Origin: an uncultured Gemmatimonadales bacterium
GTDB taxonomy: Bacteria > Gemmatimonadota > Gemmatimonadetes > Gemmatimonadales > GWC2-71-9
Length of the DNA stretch: 64,000 nucleotides
Reading direction: 5' to 3'
Assembly (NCBI GenBank): GCA_963728915.1
Contig: CAVSLV010000001.1
Location: 384,001 to 448,000 of the forward strand
Below are positions 44,986 through 55,078 of the stretch, piece by piece; position 1 is the stretch's first letter, and the number at the start of each line of letters is the position of its first letter. The notes below the pieces were generated by a model. It saw only the letters and a list, made by a program, of their open reading frames with translations. It searched no databases and was not told the DNA's origin. A program made the position numbers and the translations under genes.

Positions 44986-45389
44986 TGCCACGCAGGTGCC
45001 ACATCACAGTGAGTCTCACCCTGCTGCTCCCCGCGTGTATCGCGAGGGGCGAGCAGGAACCCGGCCGGGTTCCCGAGGCCTACGCCGGCTCCGGGCCCCT
45101 GTCGGACTCGCTCGTACTCACCGCGCCCCAGGGCGCGACGGTCTGGTTCACCGAGGGAAGGCCCGCGGTCGCCGCCTCCGGCGAGAATTGCATCGAGCGG
45201 AGCCTCGAGATTCGCCGCGAGGGCGCCCGGCTCCGGGTTCCGCTGCTCTACACCGTTTCCGTTCCCGTGTTGATCGACGATACCACCATGAAAGCCGAGC
45301 TGGCCGAGCATTGTAAGTCGGCCCGGGCATACCGGGTGAATCTGAAGACGGCGCGGCCAACTCCGATGGATGCTGGAGGAACACCATGA
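44985..45389 (+). CDS. Putative lipoprotein, hypothetical
   Basis: Overlaps both neighbours; LLLPAC lipobox-like motif; start uncertain. Confidence 0.6.
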   Translation: MPRRCHITVSLTLLLPACIARGEQEPGRVPEAYAGSGPLSDSLVLTAPQGATVWFTEGRPAVAASGENCIERSLEIRREGARLRVPLLYTVSVPVLIDDTTMKAELAEHCKSARAYRVNLKTARPTPMDAGGTP

Positions 45390-46396
45390 AGATGAGAATC
45401 CTGCTGGCCACCCTGATCCCGCTCGCTCCTCTCCACGCCCAGTCCCTCTCGGTCGGCGCTTCCCGCTGGCTCACCTCCCCGGGGATCTCCGAGTACCGTC
45501 TCGGCATGGACGGGTACGCGAGTGGTCCGTTCGTGTTCCGTCCCGGGGTACAGCTTACCCGACGGGGTGGGGAGAGTGCGGCGGCATGGGGCGGGGTCGG
45601 TTCCGACGTGCTGCTCCGGCTCAACCGGGATGCCCGCCCCTATTTGATCGGCGGGGCCGGGCTCGGCCTGGCGCGGCCCGATTCGCTCGGCGGGTTAGGC
45701 CCGGCCTTCGGGCTCTGGACCGGCGTGGGCGCCGAGCTGGCCACCCTGGGTCCGGTCGGCTTTCAGGCGGAGGCGCTGTACTCCTGGCGGGGCCGGATGG
45801 CGGCTCGCAGTATCTCGATCGGGATCCGGGCGGGAATGAAGATCGGCGGTCCCCGCACCCGGGAAGCGCCCCGCGGCGCGGAGGGCAGCGACGGGGTCGC
45901 GCTCCCCCGCGCCAATCCCGCCGATGAGGACGTGATCCGCCGCGCGGGACGCTCGCCCGGGGAACCCGGGGCGCCCGCCTCCGGAACCGCCGCCGCCCCG
46001 GTCGCGGCGAGCGTGGTCGCGACCGCCCTCGCCGCCATGGGCACCCCCTATCGCTGGGGCGGCTCCGATGAGAACGGGTTCGATTGTTCGGGATTGATCC
46101 AGTACGCCTTCGCCCAGCACGGCGTCGAGCTTCCCCGCCGCAGCGTGGAGCAGGCCCGCGCGGGTTATGAAGTGGGGCGGGACCTCGCGGCGCTGGCGCC
46201 CGGCGATATCCTGACCTTCGGCGAGAATCCCGGTCGTTCCGACCCGGTCACCCACGTGGGGCTCTACCTGGGCGACGGCCGCTTCATCCATTCCGCCAAT
46301 GGCGGGGTCCAGGTCAGTGTGCTGAGCCAGTCGGACACCACCTCCAACTGGTGGTTCGATCGCTGGATCGGCGCGCGGCGCGTTTCGGGGTACTAG
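45386..46396 (+). CDS. NlpC/P60 (C40) peptidase with an N-terminal putative outer-membrane beta-barrel
   Basis: Signal peptide; amphipathic strands (PYLIGGAGLG, GLWTGVGAEL, GFQAEALYSW); GTPYRWGG, FDCSGL, HVGLY, FIHS. Confidence 0.85.
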   Translation: MKMRILLATLIPLAPLHAQSLSVGASRWLTSPGISEYRLGMDGYASGPFVFRPGVQLTRRGGESAAAWGGVGSDVLLRLNRDARPYLIGGAGLGLARPDSLGGLGPAFGLWTGVGAELATLGPVGFQAEALYSWRGRMAARSISIGIRAGMKIGGPRTREAPRGAEGSDGVALPRANPADEDVIRRAGRSPGEPGAPASGTAAAPVAASVVATALAAMGTPYRWGGSDENGFDCSGLIQYAFAQHGVELPRRSVEQARAGYEVGRDLAALAPGDILTFGENPGRSDPVTHVGLYLGDGRFIHSANGGVQVSVLSQSDTTSNWWFDRWIGARRVSGY

Positions 46397-47436
46397 GGCT
46401 CGTGGTGGTGGGACATCGCCTCCCCACCGAGCTCCGCCAGGAACGCCAGGTCGTCCTGGGTGCCGGGATCACTGAGGTCGAGCTTCGGCCAGCGGGCGTA
46501 GTCATCCGGGACGAACAATCCCACCATGTGCGCCATGGCGCCCTTCCGGATCATCGCGCCGGTGGGATTGTCATAGACCCCGACCACCCGGTAGGGATGG
46601 TTCTCCTTCAGGCGTAACCCGCCTCCGCTCACCCCGAACAGCTTCCGTTCCACTCCGGTGACCTTCCCGTCGGGAGTATGCTGGGAACGGACCTGGGTCA
46701 GCACCTTGCCGGTCTCGACGTCCTCCAGCCGCACCTCGACCCCATAGTCATGCAGGTGTCCCCCGACGCCGAGGAGCCGGCCCCCCACCGGGAGCTTGAA
46801 CTGGTAGGTTTTCTCCGAGCGACCCGGAGGGACGTCGAACTCGTTGCCCATCCCGACCGTCAGGTTCACATCCATATAGATCGGCAGCGCATCGAGCGGG
46901 CGGGGCGTCATGTTCGGCGGGCTGTAGCTGAAGCTGAGCCGGACCTGCACCCCTTCCAGATCCTTCCCGGTCTCGTTGGCCCACGCCATGTAGAAGCCGA
47001 GCTTCGATCCGGGCTCCAGGGGGACTCCGATGCTCCGTGGCACGTAGGCGTCCTGGGTTTCCTGGCCGATCCCGAAGAGCCGCTCGACCGCGGGATAGAG
47101 AAGCTGCCGCCGCCCGTAGTTCACCCCGATCATGTGATGGATGAGACGACGGTTGATGGGCTTCCCGCTGGCATCGAGAATCTCCACCCCGAAGCCTCGC
47201 AGCCACCCCTGCACCGGCCACTCGAAGTGCTGGACCGGCGTGTTGTGGTCGTTCATCATGTCCATGTCGGCGTGCTTCATCCCGGGCGGCATCGCGTGCA
47301 CCGTGAAGGGACCAGCGGTCACCAGGACCCGGTGATTCGAGGCATCCAGCACGACCTTCGCCGTGGGCTCCGAATCCACCGGCGCCGGTGAGGGAACCGG
47401 ATGCGCCAGCATGGCGGACAGTATGAGAGACAGCAT
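46393..47436 (-). CDS. Secreted protein with a copper type II monooxygenase (PHM/DBH)-like ligand pattern
   Basis: Signal peptide; H100-H101, H227-x-H229, YDN, M301; Met/His-rich loop and HHH tail. Confidence 0.65.
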   Translation of the reverse strand: MLSLILSAMLAHPVPSPAPVDSEPTAKVVLDASNHRVLVTAGPFTVHAMPPGMKHADMDMMNDHNTPVQHFEWPVQGWLRGFGVEILDASGKPINRRLIHHMIGVNYGRRQLLYPAVERLFGIGQETQDAYVPRSIGVPLEPGSKLGFYMAWANETGKDLEGVQVRLSFSYSPPNMTPRPLDALPIYMDVNLTVGMGNEFDVPPGRSEKTYQFKLPVGGRLLGVGGHLHDYGVEVRLEDVETGKVLTQVRSQHTPDGKVTGVERKLFGVSGGGLRLKENHPYRVVGVYDNPTGAMIRKGAMAHMVGLFVPDDYARWPKLDLSDPGTQDDLAFLAELGGEAMSHHHEP

Positions 47437-47488
47437 GATCGCTCCAAGCCTCGGTACGCGAGCAAAATAAGCCGGCTCGGCGAATTCG

Positions 47489-47836
47489 TCAGCCCAGGAT
47501 GTCGAGCAGCTCGGGGAGATTGAGAGGTTTGTACATCACCCGCCAGGCGCCGTGGCTCTCGGCATCGAGCAACCGGGTATTCTCGGCCTGCGCGGTCATC
47601 AGGATCACCCGGGGGGGAGAGGCCATTTCCATCATGGTGCGACAGGCCTCAACCCCGTCGATCCCCGGCATCCGGATGTCCATGAGAACGATGGGCCAGC
47701 GTTCCGACTCCTGCGAGGTCAGGGCCTCCTCGCCGGAAAAGGCGCCTTCCGCCTCCCAGCCACGATGCCGCAGGATATCGCAGAGGGTCTCCACCATGGC
47801 GCGGTCGTCATCGACTACCAGGACCCGTTTGCTCAC
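47489..47836 (-). CDS. Single-domain response regulator
   Basis: VLVVDDD, LMDIRMPGIDG, LMTA, KP; GTGA overlap with the kinase. Confidence 0.92.
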   Translation of the reverse strand: MSKRVLVVDDDRAMVETLCDILRHRGWEAEGAFSGEEALTSQESERWPIVLMDIRMPGIDGVEACRTMMEMASPPRVILMTAQAENTRLLDAESHGAWRVMYKPLNLPELLDILG

Positions 47837-49656
47837 TCCGCGGCGGTTCGGAGCGTGAAGATGAACGTGGCGCCCCGCTCCGGATTGTTGAGCACGGTCA
47901 GGTCGCCGCCGTTGCCCTGAGCCAGGGTGCGGGAGACCGAAAGGCCGAGCCCGATGCCCCGGGTTTTAGTGGTGAAGAGTGGCTCGAAGATCCGCTCCAG
48001 GTTCTCGGGTGGGATGCCCGGGCCGGTATCGGAGACCTCGAGGCAGACATGCCCGTTGCCGTCGGACCTTCCCCGAACCGTCAGCACTCCTCCCGAATCG
48101 CCCATCGCCTGGATCGCGTTGGTCACCAGATTGTACACCACCTGGCCCGCGTGCACCGGATCGACCACCACCGGCGGAAGCGTCGGGGGAAAGTCGTGCT
48201 CGATCCGCACCCCGTCGAGAGGGAAATCCTTGAGCTGGGGGAGCACGATTTCGTCGAGCGGGACCGTCTTGAGGTTCGCCGGCGGTCTCTTGGTGAAGTC
48301 CAGCAGATCGTTGATGATCTTGGTCGCGAGACCCACCTGGCGATGAATGATCTCATGGTATTCCCGGACCCGGGGCGCCGCGTCGGACTGTACCGTGTCC
48401 AGATAGAACACGGCGTTGTTGATGACGCCGAGCGGATTCCTGAGCTCGTGCGCCACTCCGCTGGCCAGCTGGCCCAGGGTGGCCAGCTTCTCCCGCCGAA
48501 CCAGGGATTCCTGGGCATCCTGGAGCTGCCGGGTGCGCGCCGTGACGGTCTCCTCCAGCCGGTTCCGGGTTTGTTCCACGTCGGCTGCCATCCCGTCGAA
48601 CGCCAGGCCCAGAGCACCGAGCTCGTCATCCCGCCCGATGTTGGCGCGGGCCGAGAGATTGCCGCGGGTCATCGATTCGGCGGCGCTGGTCAAGGTCGCC
48701 AGCGGCTCGGTGATTCTGCCGCTCAGATACCAGGCGACCGCAAGGCCGAAGGTCATGCTGAGCAGAGCGATCAGCACCAGCCAGTTGAGGAACAGGTGGG
48801 CCGGGGTGAGGATGGCCCCGATCGGAAACTCGATGGTGAACTGCCAGGGCGCGCCCGGAACGGAGCCTCCGGCCGCCATCACGTCGCCATCCTGCCGATG
48901 GTACCGAACCGCCGCCGAGCCAGGAACAATGCTCATCGGCGGCGGGCCCGCGGGTCGACCCAGATCGGTCCAGAGACTGCCATCCCGGTTGCCGAAGTAG
49001 AACGCAGCCTGAGACCCCAGAATCCGGGAAATGGCGGCGCGAGTCTGAGGGGCGGTGCTCACCCGGCGCCAATTGACCAGGTATCCCGGCACGGCGCCGG
49101 CGATCCGGGCCACGACCGGGTAGATGATCGAGTCGCCATCCTCGCGGAGCCGCCCGCTGGTCATCGAATCCAGGCCGGCGAGCTCGGGGAAGACGGCGAC
49201 CAGCGAGGCCGAGTCGCCCTCTCCGAGAGAAGGGAGCCGCGGGGTGGAAGGGCCGGACGGCGCGGTGGACAACAGGACCCGGCCCCGTGCATCCCGAAGC
49301 TCCATGGCCCGGCTCAGCTCGACCTGAGGGCCGTCGTATTGCATCGCCTCGAGGGCCGCGGCGGCTTGCTCCGGTGCTGGACTTCGCAGGTAGGCCGCGA
49401 TGGCCGGATCACGGGCCTGCTCCAGGAGGCGGTGCTGGCTCTGGGCCACCGAGGTCCGGAAGGTCTGGACGAACTGACCCCGGAGGTCGATCAGGCGCTC
49501 GCCGGCGCGGTCCAGCAGGATCCGCCGCATGGCGAAGAACGAAGCGGTGGAGAGGGCGAGGCCGACGACGAGAATCAGGCCGGCGATAGTCAGGGGCAGC
49601 TTGACGCGGAGCGAAAGCCGCGAGAAGGGACTCAAGGGGAGCCAGCCGGGGGACAT
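47833..49656 (-). CDS. Membrane sensor histidine kinase with HAMP
   Basis: Two TMs, DELGALGLAFDGM, ASGVAHELRNPL, NAIQAM, GIGLGL. Confidence 0.92.
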   Translation of the reverse strand: MSPGWLPLSPFSRLSLRVKLPLTIAGLILVVGLALSTASFFAMRRILLDRAGERLIDLRGQFVQTFRTSVAQSQHRLLEQARDPAIAAYLRSPAPEQAAAALEAMQYDGPQVELSRAMELRDARGRVLLSTAPSGPSTPRLPSLGEGDSASLVAVFPELAGLDSMTSGRLREDGDSIIYPVVARIAGAVPGYLVNWRRVSTAPQTRAAISRILGSQAAFYFGNRDGSLWTDLGRPAGPPPMSIVPGSAAVRYHRQDGDVMAAGGSVPGAPWQFTIEFPIGAILTPAHLFLNWLVLIALLSMTFGLAVAWYLSGRITEPLATLTSAAESMTRGNLSARANIGRDDELGALGLAFDGMAADVEQTRNRLEETVTARTRQLQDAQESLVRREKLATLGQLASGVAHELRNPLGVINNAVFYLDTVQSDAAPRVREYHEIIHRQVGLATKIINDLLDFTKRPPANLKTVPLDEIVLPQLKDFPLDGVRIEHDFPPTLPPVVVDPVHAGQVVYNLVTNAIQAMGDSGGVLTVRGRSDGNGHVCLEVSDTGPGIPPENLERIFEPLFTTKTRGIGLGLSVSRTLAQGNGGDLTVLNNPERGATFIFTLRTAAE

Positions 49657-49769
49657 AGGGCGGAAGCTATGGGACCTTGGGGAAAAGCTCCAGCCTGAAA
49701 CCTCGTTCCCGGCAGGGCCGTACCCTCCTCATCGGTCGGCCCGATCCTGATCCCAGCTCCGAGGCCCGA

Positions 49770-52160
49770 ATGGATAATCTCCTCCAGGACATCCGGTTCG
49801 CCTGGCGCTCCCTGCGCCGGAGTCCCGGCTTCGTTGCTCTCGCCTCGCTTTCCCTCGCTCTGGGCATCGCCGTCAACGTCACGATCTTCGCCGGGGTGGA
49901 TCTCATCCTGGTGCGGCCGGTGGATTATCCCAATCTGGACCGCATGATCCAGGTCTGGTCCGATAACAAGGAGCGGGGCTGGCAGCAGACCAGTATCTCG
50001 GTCCCCGATTTCGTGGACTGGCGCCGGCAGGCCGGCACCGCCAGGCTGGGCGCCTATACCGGAGGAGACTTCAACCTCGCCGATGGCGGGCGGCCCGAGC
50101 GGGTCGATGGGATGCGGGTGAGCGCGAACTTCTTCTCGCTCTTTGGCGTCGTTCCGGCCCAGGGGCGATTCTTTCGCGAGGAAGAAGAAGCGCCGGGCAA
50201 CGGCAAGGTCGTCGTCCTCACCGACCGATTCTGGCGCGATCACTTCGAGGCCGATTCCCAGGCGGTGGGCAAAACCGTCCGCCTCGATGGAGAGGCCTAC
50301 ACGGTCGTCGGAGTGCTGCCCCAATCCTTCCGGTTCGACGACCCGGTGCTTTACGCGCCACTGGAGATCGATCCCTCCGCCGCCCGAGGCTCCCGGTATC
50401 TCCGGGTCATCGGCCTGCTCGGACCCGGGACCACCCTCGATCAGTTCAACAGCGAGATCGACGGGGTGGCTCATCGCCTCGCCGATCTCTACCCCACCAG
50501 CAACCTCGGCATGGGCGCCCACGCGGTAACCCTGCTCGATGAGATCGTGGACGCCACCTCCCGGCAGGCCGGCACCATCTGCATGGTCGCGGTCTTTTTC
50601 GTGCTGCTGATCGCCTGCGCCAACGTCGCCAACCTGCTGCTGGCGCGATCCGCCGCCCGGACCAGGGAGATCGCGGTGCGATCGGCCCTGGGCGCGCTCC
50701 GAATCCGTCTGCTGCGGCAGCTCCTCACCGAATCCCTCATGCTTGCCCTGATCGGGGGGATCCTCGGGGTGGGCCTGTCGGTTTTTGGCATCCGCTGGCT
50801 GGGCAGCATCATCCCGGCCGGAGTGCCCGGGGTGGACCGGCTTGGGCTCGAGCCTCGCGGCATTCTCTATGCGTTCTTCGTCATCGTCGCGGCCGGCATT
50901 CTCGCCGGGATCGCCCCGGCGATTCAGGTGACCCGGGGCAGCCTCACCGAGCCGTTGAAGGATGGGGGCCGGGGAAGCTCGATGGGAATCAGGCACGGCA
51001 AGCTGCGCGCGTCGCTCGTAGTGGTGGAGATGTCGCTCGCGCTGGTCCTGCTCATCTCCGCGGGCCTCCTCATCAAGGCGTCTCTCCGGATGCAGGCCGT
51101 CGACCTCGGGTTCGATCCCCGGAATGCTCTGACGTTCGCCGTCTCCCTGAGCCCCAGGGAGTATCCTGATACCACCCAGGCCATGGCGCTCCAGGAAGAG
51201 CTGCTGACCCGGCTCAAGAACGTGCCCGGCGTGACCGGGGCCGCCGCGGTGACCCAGCTTCCCATGGCCGGCGGGAATGGGACCTACTACACCGTCGAAG
51301 GCGAGCCGGCTCCCGACGAAGGACGCAAGCCGGTGCTCCAGTACCGGAACATCTCGCCCGGCTACTTCGGGGTGATGGGGATGTCGCTCGTCAAAGGCCG
51401 GGATTTCAGCGCCAACGATCGCCGGGGGACCACGAAGTACATCGTGATCAACGAGACCCTCGCCAAGCGGCACTGGGCCTCGGGCGATCCGCTCGGCAAG
51501 CGGGTCATCGTTTCCTCGGGCACCTACGAGATCATGGGAGTGGTGAAGGACGTGCGGGAGTTCGGGCCCGACGATCCTCCCCCCGCGATCGCCTATTTCT
51601 CGGCGGCCCAGGTCTATGCCCCGACCTTGCGGTACGTCATGCGGGTCCGGAACGATCCCGCCGCCCTGAGCTCGCGCGCCCGGGAGGAAGTGGCGGCGGT
51701 CGCGCATGACCTGCCGCCCTACGCCATCCAGACGCTCCAGGGCGTGGTGGACCAGGAGCGCCAGGGCGATCGCATCATGCCCAAACTGCTCGGGGTCTTC
51801 GGCGCGATCGCGCTGCTCCTGGCGGTGATCGGGGTGTACGCGGTGATGGCCTACTCGGTCTCCCAGCGCACTCAGGAATTGGGGATCCGCCGGGCCCTCG
51901 GCGCGGGGCAGGGGGACATCATCGGGCTGGTGCTGCGCCAGTGCGCGGCGCTGGCCGGCATCGGGGCCGCCATCGGGCTGGCGCTGTCCGCGGGCGCCAC
52001 CTCCGCCCTCTCCGCGTTTCTGTTCGGGGTGAGCGCGTTCGATCCGGTCGTGTTCAGCGTCGTCACCCTTTCCCTGGTGGGCGCCATGGTGCTGGCCAGC
52101 CTGTGGCCCGCTCGCCGGGCGACCCGGGTGGATCCCCTGGTGGCGCTCCGGAACGATTGA
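49770..52160 (+). CDS. Duplicated MacB/FtsX-type ABC permease (ADOP-like)
   Basis: LLQDIRFAWRSLRRSPGF, LLIACANVANLLLAR, REIAVRSALGA, SQRTQELGIRRALGA, ARRATRVDPLVALR. Confidence 0.92.
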   Translation: MDNLLQDIRFAWRSLRRSPGFVALASLSLALGIAVNVTIFAGVDLILVRPVDYPNLDRMIQVWSDNKERGWQQTSISVPDFVDWRRQAGTARLGAYTGGDFNLADGGRPERVDGMRVSANFFSLFGVVPAQGRFFREEEEAPGNGKVVVLTDRFWRDHFEADSQAVGKTVRLDGEAYTVVGVLPQSFRFDDPVLYAPLEIDPSAARGSRYLRVIGLLGPGTTLDQFNSEIDGVAHRLADLYPTSNLGMGAHAVTLLDEIVDATSRQAGTICMVAVFFVLLIACANVANLLLARSAARTREIAVRSALGALRIRLLRQLLTESLMLALIGGILGVGLSVFGIRWLGSIIPAGVPGVDRLGLEPRGILYAFFVIVAAGILAGIAPAIQVTRGSLTEPLKDGGRGSSMGIRHGKLRASLVVVEMSLALVLLISAGLLIKASLRMQAVDLGFDPRNALTFAVSLSPREYPDTTQAMALQEELLTRLKNVPGVTGAAAVTQLPMAGGNGTYYTVEGEPAPDEGRKPVLQYRNISPGYFGVMGMSLVKGRDFSANDRRGTTKYIVINETLAKRHWASGDPLGKRVIVSSGTYEIMGVVKDVREFGPDDPPPAIAYFSAAQVYAPTLRYVMRVRNDPAALSSRAREEVAAVAHDLPPYAIQTLQGVVDQERQGDRIMPKLLGVFGAIALLLAVIGVYAVMAYSVSQRTQELGIRRALGAGQGDIIGLVLRQCAALAGIGAAIGLALSAGATSALSAFLFGVSAFDPVVFSVVTLSLVGAMVLASLWPARRATRVDPLVALRND

Positions 52161-52191
52161 CCAAACGCCGAATCGGCGGGTACGTTTGCGC

Positions 52192-54627
52192 ATGACCCTC
52201 GACCTCCGCTACGCCTTCCGCTCCCTCCGCCGGTCCCCCGGCTTCGCCACCGCCGTCATTCTGACCCTGGGCCTCGGGATCGGGGCCAACACCGCGATCT
52301 TTTCGGTGGTTCGCGCCGTCCTCCTCAAGCCGCTGCCCCATAAAGACGGCGAACGCCTGATGTACCTGCGCCAGTCGGTCGAAGGCACCGGGGGCGAGAA
52401 CGTGCTTTTCTCGGTCCCCGAGATCAACGACTTCCGGGAACAGGCCAGGACGCTGGGCGGGATCGCCGAGTATTCCGAGTTCCAGGTGGTCCTCCAGGGA
52501 GAGAAGGAAGCCCAGCGGATCCATGTCGGTCTCGTCACCGGGAACTACTTCTCCATCATGGGCCTGGGGCCCATCCTGGGCCGGCTCACCACTTCGGCGG
52601 ATGACGGCCGGGGCGTCCCGCCGGTGATGGTGCTCACCTACGAGTTCTGGCAGAATCATTTCGGCGGCGACAGCAGCATCGTCGGGAAGACGGTGCGGAT
52701 CAACAACCAGGCGGTCCAGGTGATCGGGGTGGTTCAGCCGGCGCCCACCTTCCCCACCCGGATGGACGCGCTGATGAACATGGTGATCAGCGAGCACCAC
52801 CTGAGCGCCACGATGGTGCAGGGCCGGACCCACCGGATGACCGAGATGATCGCGCGGCTCGCGCCCGGCGCGACGGTGACGGAGGCCCGTACCGAAGTCG
52901 CCGAGATCCGGAAGCGGGTCCAGGCGGCCTATCCGGACGCGTACGACGCCGCGTCCAAATACACCGTCACCCTGACGCCGTTCCAGGAAGTGCTGGGGCA
53001 GAAGGCCCGGCTCACCCTGTGGCTCCTCATGGGCGCCGCGGCATTCGTACTGATCATCGCCTCGGCCAACGTGGCGAACCTCACCCTGATGCGCGGGGTC
53101 CGCCGGGAACAGGAGCTGGTGGTGCGAGCCGCCCTCGGCGCCGGCACCGCGCGGCTACGCCGGCTTCTCTTTGCGGAGAACCTGCTGCTCGCGATCGCCG
53201 GCAGCGCGCTCGGGTTGATCATCGCGTTCGCCGGAGTCGGATTGCTCACCTCGTTCATCGCGCGCCAGTCGCCCCGGGCCAACGAAATCCGGGTCGACGG
53301 CATGGTGCTGGGATTCGCGCTGCTCCTCGCGGCGGTGGTGGCGGTGCTTCTGTCCTTCGCGCCCAAATTCATCGAGGAATCCGGGCTGGGCGCCTGGCTC
53401 GGCAGCGCCGGGAAGTCCTCGGCGGGCAGGCGGCGGCAGCGGCTCCAGCGGGGGCTCGTGGTGGCCCAGGTCGCGGTCTCGGTGATGCTCCTCACCGGGG
53501 CGGGACTGCTGATGCGGACGATGTCCGCGCTCAACCAGGTGGATACCGGTCTCCACACCGACCACGTGCTGACGATGGAGGTCTCGCTCGACGGAAGCGG
53601 ACGAACGCCCGCCGATCAGCAGGTGTTGTACGAACAGATGCGGACCAGGCTCCAGTCCTTGCCCGGCGTCACCGAGGTTGGCATGGGCTCGACCATTCCG
53701 CTGCGGAGCAGCTTCCAGCTCGAGGTGAAGGCGGAAGGCCGCGCTCTCGCCCCGAACGAGCCGATGCCGCGGGCCGACTACCGCACTGCGAGCCCCGAGT
53801 ACTTCAAGGCGGCCGGGATCCCGCTCATCAAGGGACGATATTTCGAGCCGACCGACCGCGAGGGCAACGAGCGGGTCGTGATTCTCAACAAGAACCTGGC
53901 CGATCGGCTCTTTCCGGACAGCGACCCGATCGGACGGCGGGTGGCCTGGACTGGGGATGTGCTCCGCTTCATTCCGGTGAGCGGAGACTGGCGCACCGTG
54001 GTCGGCGTGGTGGGCGATACCAAAGACGACGGCCTGGACGGGGGCTCGCGACCGGTGCTGTTCCAGCCGTTCGCGCAGGAGCTGATCTTTGCCGGCGGGT
54101 TCGTGATTCAGTCCCGGCAGGACCCGCTTGGCGTGGCGCCCTCGGCTACCAGCACCGTCCGGACCCTCGCTCCCCAGCAGCCGATCGAGCACGTGCTCAC
54201 GGTGGACCAGATCAAGAACGAGAGCGTGGCCCCTCGCCGGCTCAATGCGCTGCTGGTCGGCGCGTTCGGCGCGCTCGCGGTGCTCATCGCGGCGGTCGGG
54301 ATCGGTGGCGTGCTGGCGTTCTCGGTCAGCGCCCGCACCAACGAGATCGGGATCCGGATGAGCCTGGGCGCGGACACCGGCAAGGTCCAGCGCATGGTCC
54401 TCGCCGAGGGCTGGCTGCTTCTGGGTATTGGGCTGGTGCTGGGGGTGGCGGGGTCGCTGATCGCCACGCGGTTGATTCGCGGTCTGCTTTATGGGGTGGT
54501 ACCCCACGACCCGCTCACCATGAGCGGCGTGGCCCTTCTCATGGTGGGGATCGGGACGCTGGCGTGCTGGATCCCGGCGCTCCGCGCGGCGCGGGTGGAT
54601 CCCGGAATCGCGATCAGGTCGCAGTAG
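52192..54627 (+). CDS. Duplicated MacB/FtsX-type ABC permease (ADOP-like)
   Basis: DLRYAFRSLRRSPGF, LGIGANTAIFSVV, ANVANL, RTNEIGIRMSLGA, RAARVDP. Confidence 0.92.
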   Translation: MTLDLRYAFRSLRRSPGFATAVILTLGLGIGANTAIFSVVRAVLLKPLPHKDGERLMYLRQSVEGTGGENVLFSVPEINDFREQARTLGGIAEYSEFQVVLQGEKEAQRIHVGLVTGNYFSIMGLGPILGRLTTSADDGRGVPPVMVLTYEFWQNHFGGDSSIVGKTVRINNQAVQVIGVVQPAPTFPTRMDALMNMVISEHHLSATMVQGRTHRMTEMIARLAPGATVTEARTEVAEIRKRVQAAYPDAYDAASKYTVTLTPFQEVLGQKARLTLWLLMGAAAFVLIIASANVANLTLMRGVRREQELVVRAALGAGTARLRRLLFAENLLLAIAGSALGLIIAFAGVGLLTSFIARQSPRANEIRVDGMVLGFALLLAAVVAVLLSFAPKFIEESGLGAWLGSAGKSSAGRRRQRLQRGLVVAQVAVSVMLLTGAGLLMRTMSALNQVDTGLHTDHVLTMEVSLDGSGRTPADQQVLYEQMRTRLQSLPGVTEVGMGSTIPLRSSFQLEVKAEGRALAPNEPMPRADYRTASPEYFKAAGIPLIKGRYFEPTDREGNERVVILNKNLADRLFPDSDPIGRRVAWTGDVLRFIPVSGDWRTVVGVVGDTKDDGLDGGSRPVLFQPFAQELIFAGGFVIQSRQDPLGVAPSATSTVRTLAPQQPIEHVLTVDQIKNESVAPRRLNALLVGAFGALAVLIAAVGIGGVLAFSVSARTNEIGIRMSLGADTGKVQRMVLAEGWLLLGIGLVLGVAGSLIATRLIRGLLYGVVPHDPLTMSGVALLMVGIGTLACWIPALRAARVDPGIAIRSQ

Positions 54628-54676
54628 CGCCAAGGGCGCGTTTGCTCACGAAATTACCAATATCCGAGAGAGCACC

Positions 54677-55078
54677 ATGTCGCTATCCGTCCTGTTTTCG
54701 GTCCTGCTCACCGCTACCCTGTCTCCGCTGCCCCAGGCGCCGAGTGTGGCGGGCGAGTGGGACGCCACCTACAACACCCCGGGAGGACCCCGGAATTTCA
54801 AGATCGTGTTTCAGGTGAAAGGGGATTCGCTCCTGGGCACCGTCAAACGGGACGACGGCGACGTTCCGCTCAAGGGTACCATCGACAAGGACCAGATCAA
54901 TTTCAGCTACACGATCATCTACAACGATCACCCGATCACCCTCACCATTGCGGCGAAGGTGACCGGGGATTCCATGGCTGGCACCGTCGACTTCGGCGGG
55001 ATGGGCGGCGACGACTTCTCGGCCCGCCGGTCGAAGCCCCCGCAGGGTGGAACCCTACTTCAGGGTGTAGGTCCCTGA
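54677..55078 (+). CDS. Secreted beta-rich hypothetical protein
   Basis: Signal peptide; VAGEW, GDSLLG, GDSMAGTV, FSARR. Confidence 0.75.
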   Translation: MSLSVLFSVLLTATLSPLPQAPSVAGEWDATYNTPGGPRNFKIVFQVKGDSLLGTVKRDDGDVPLKGTIDKDQINFSYTIIYNDHPITLTIAAKVTGDSMAGTVDFGGMGGDDFSARRSKPPQGGTLLQGVGP

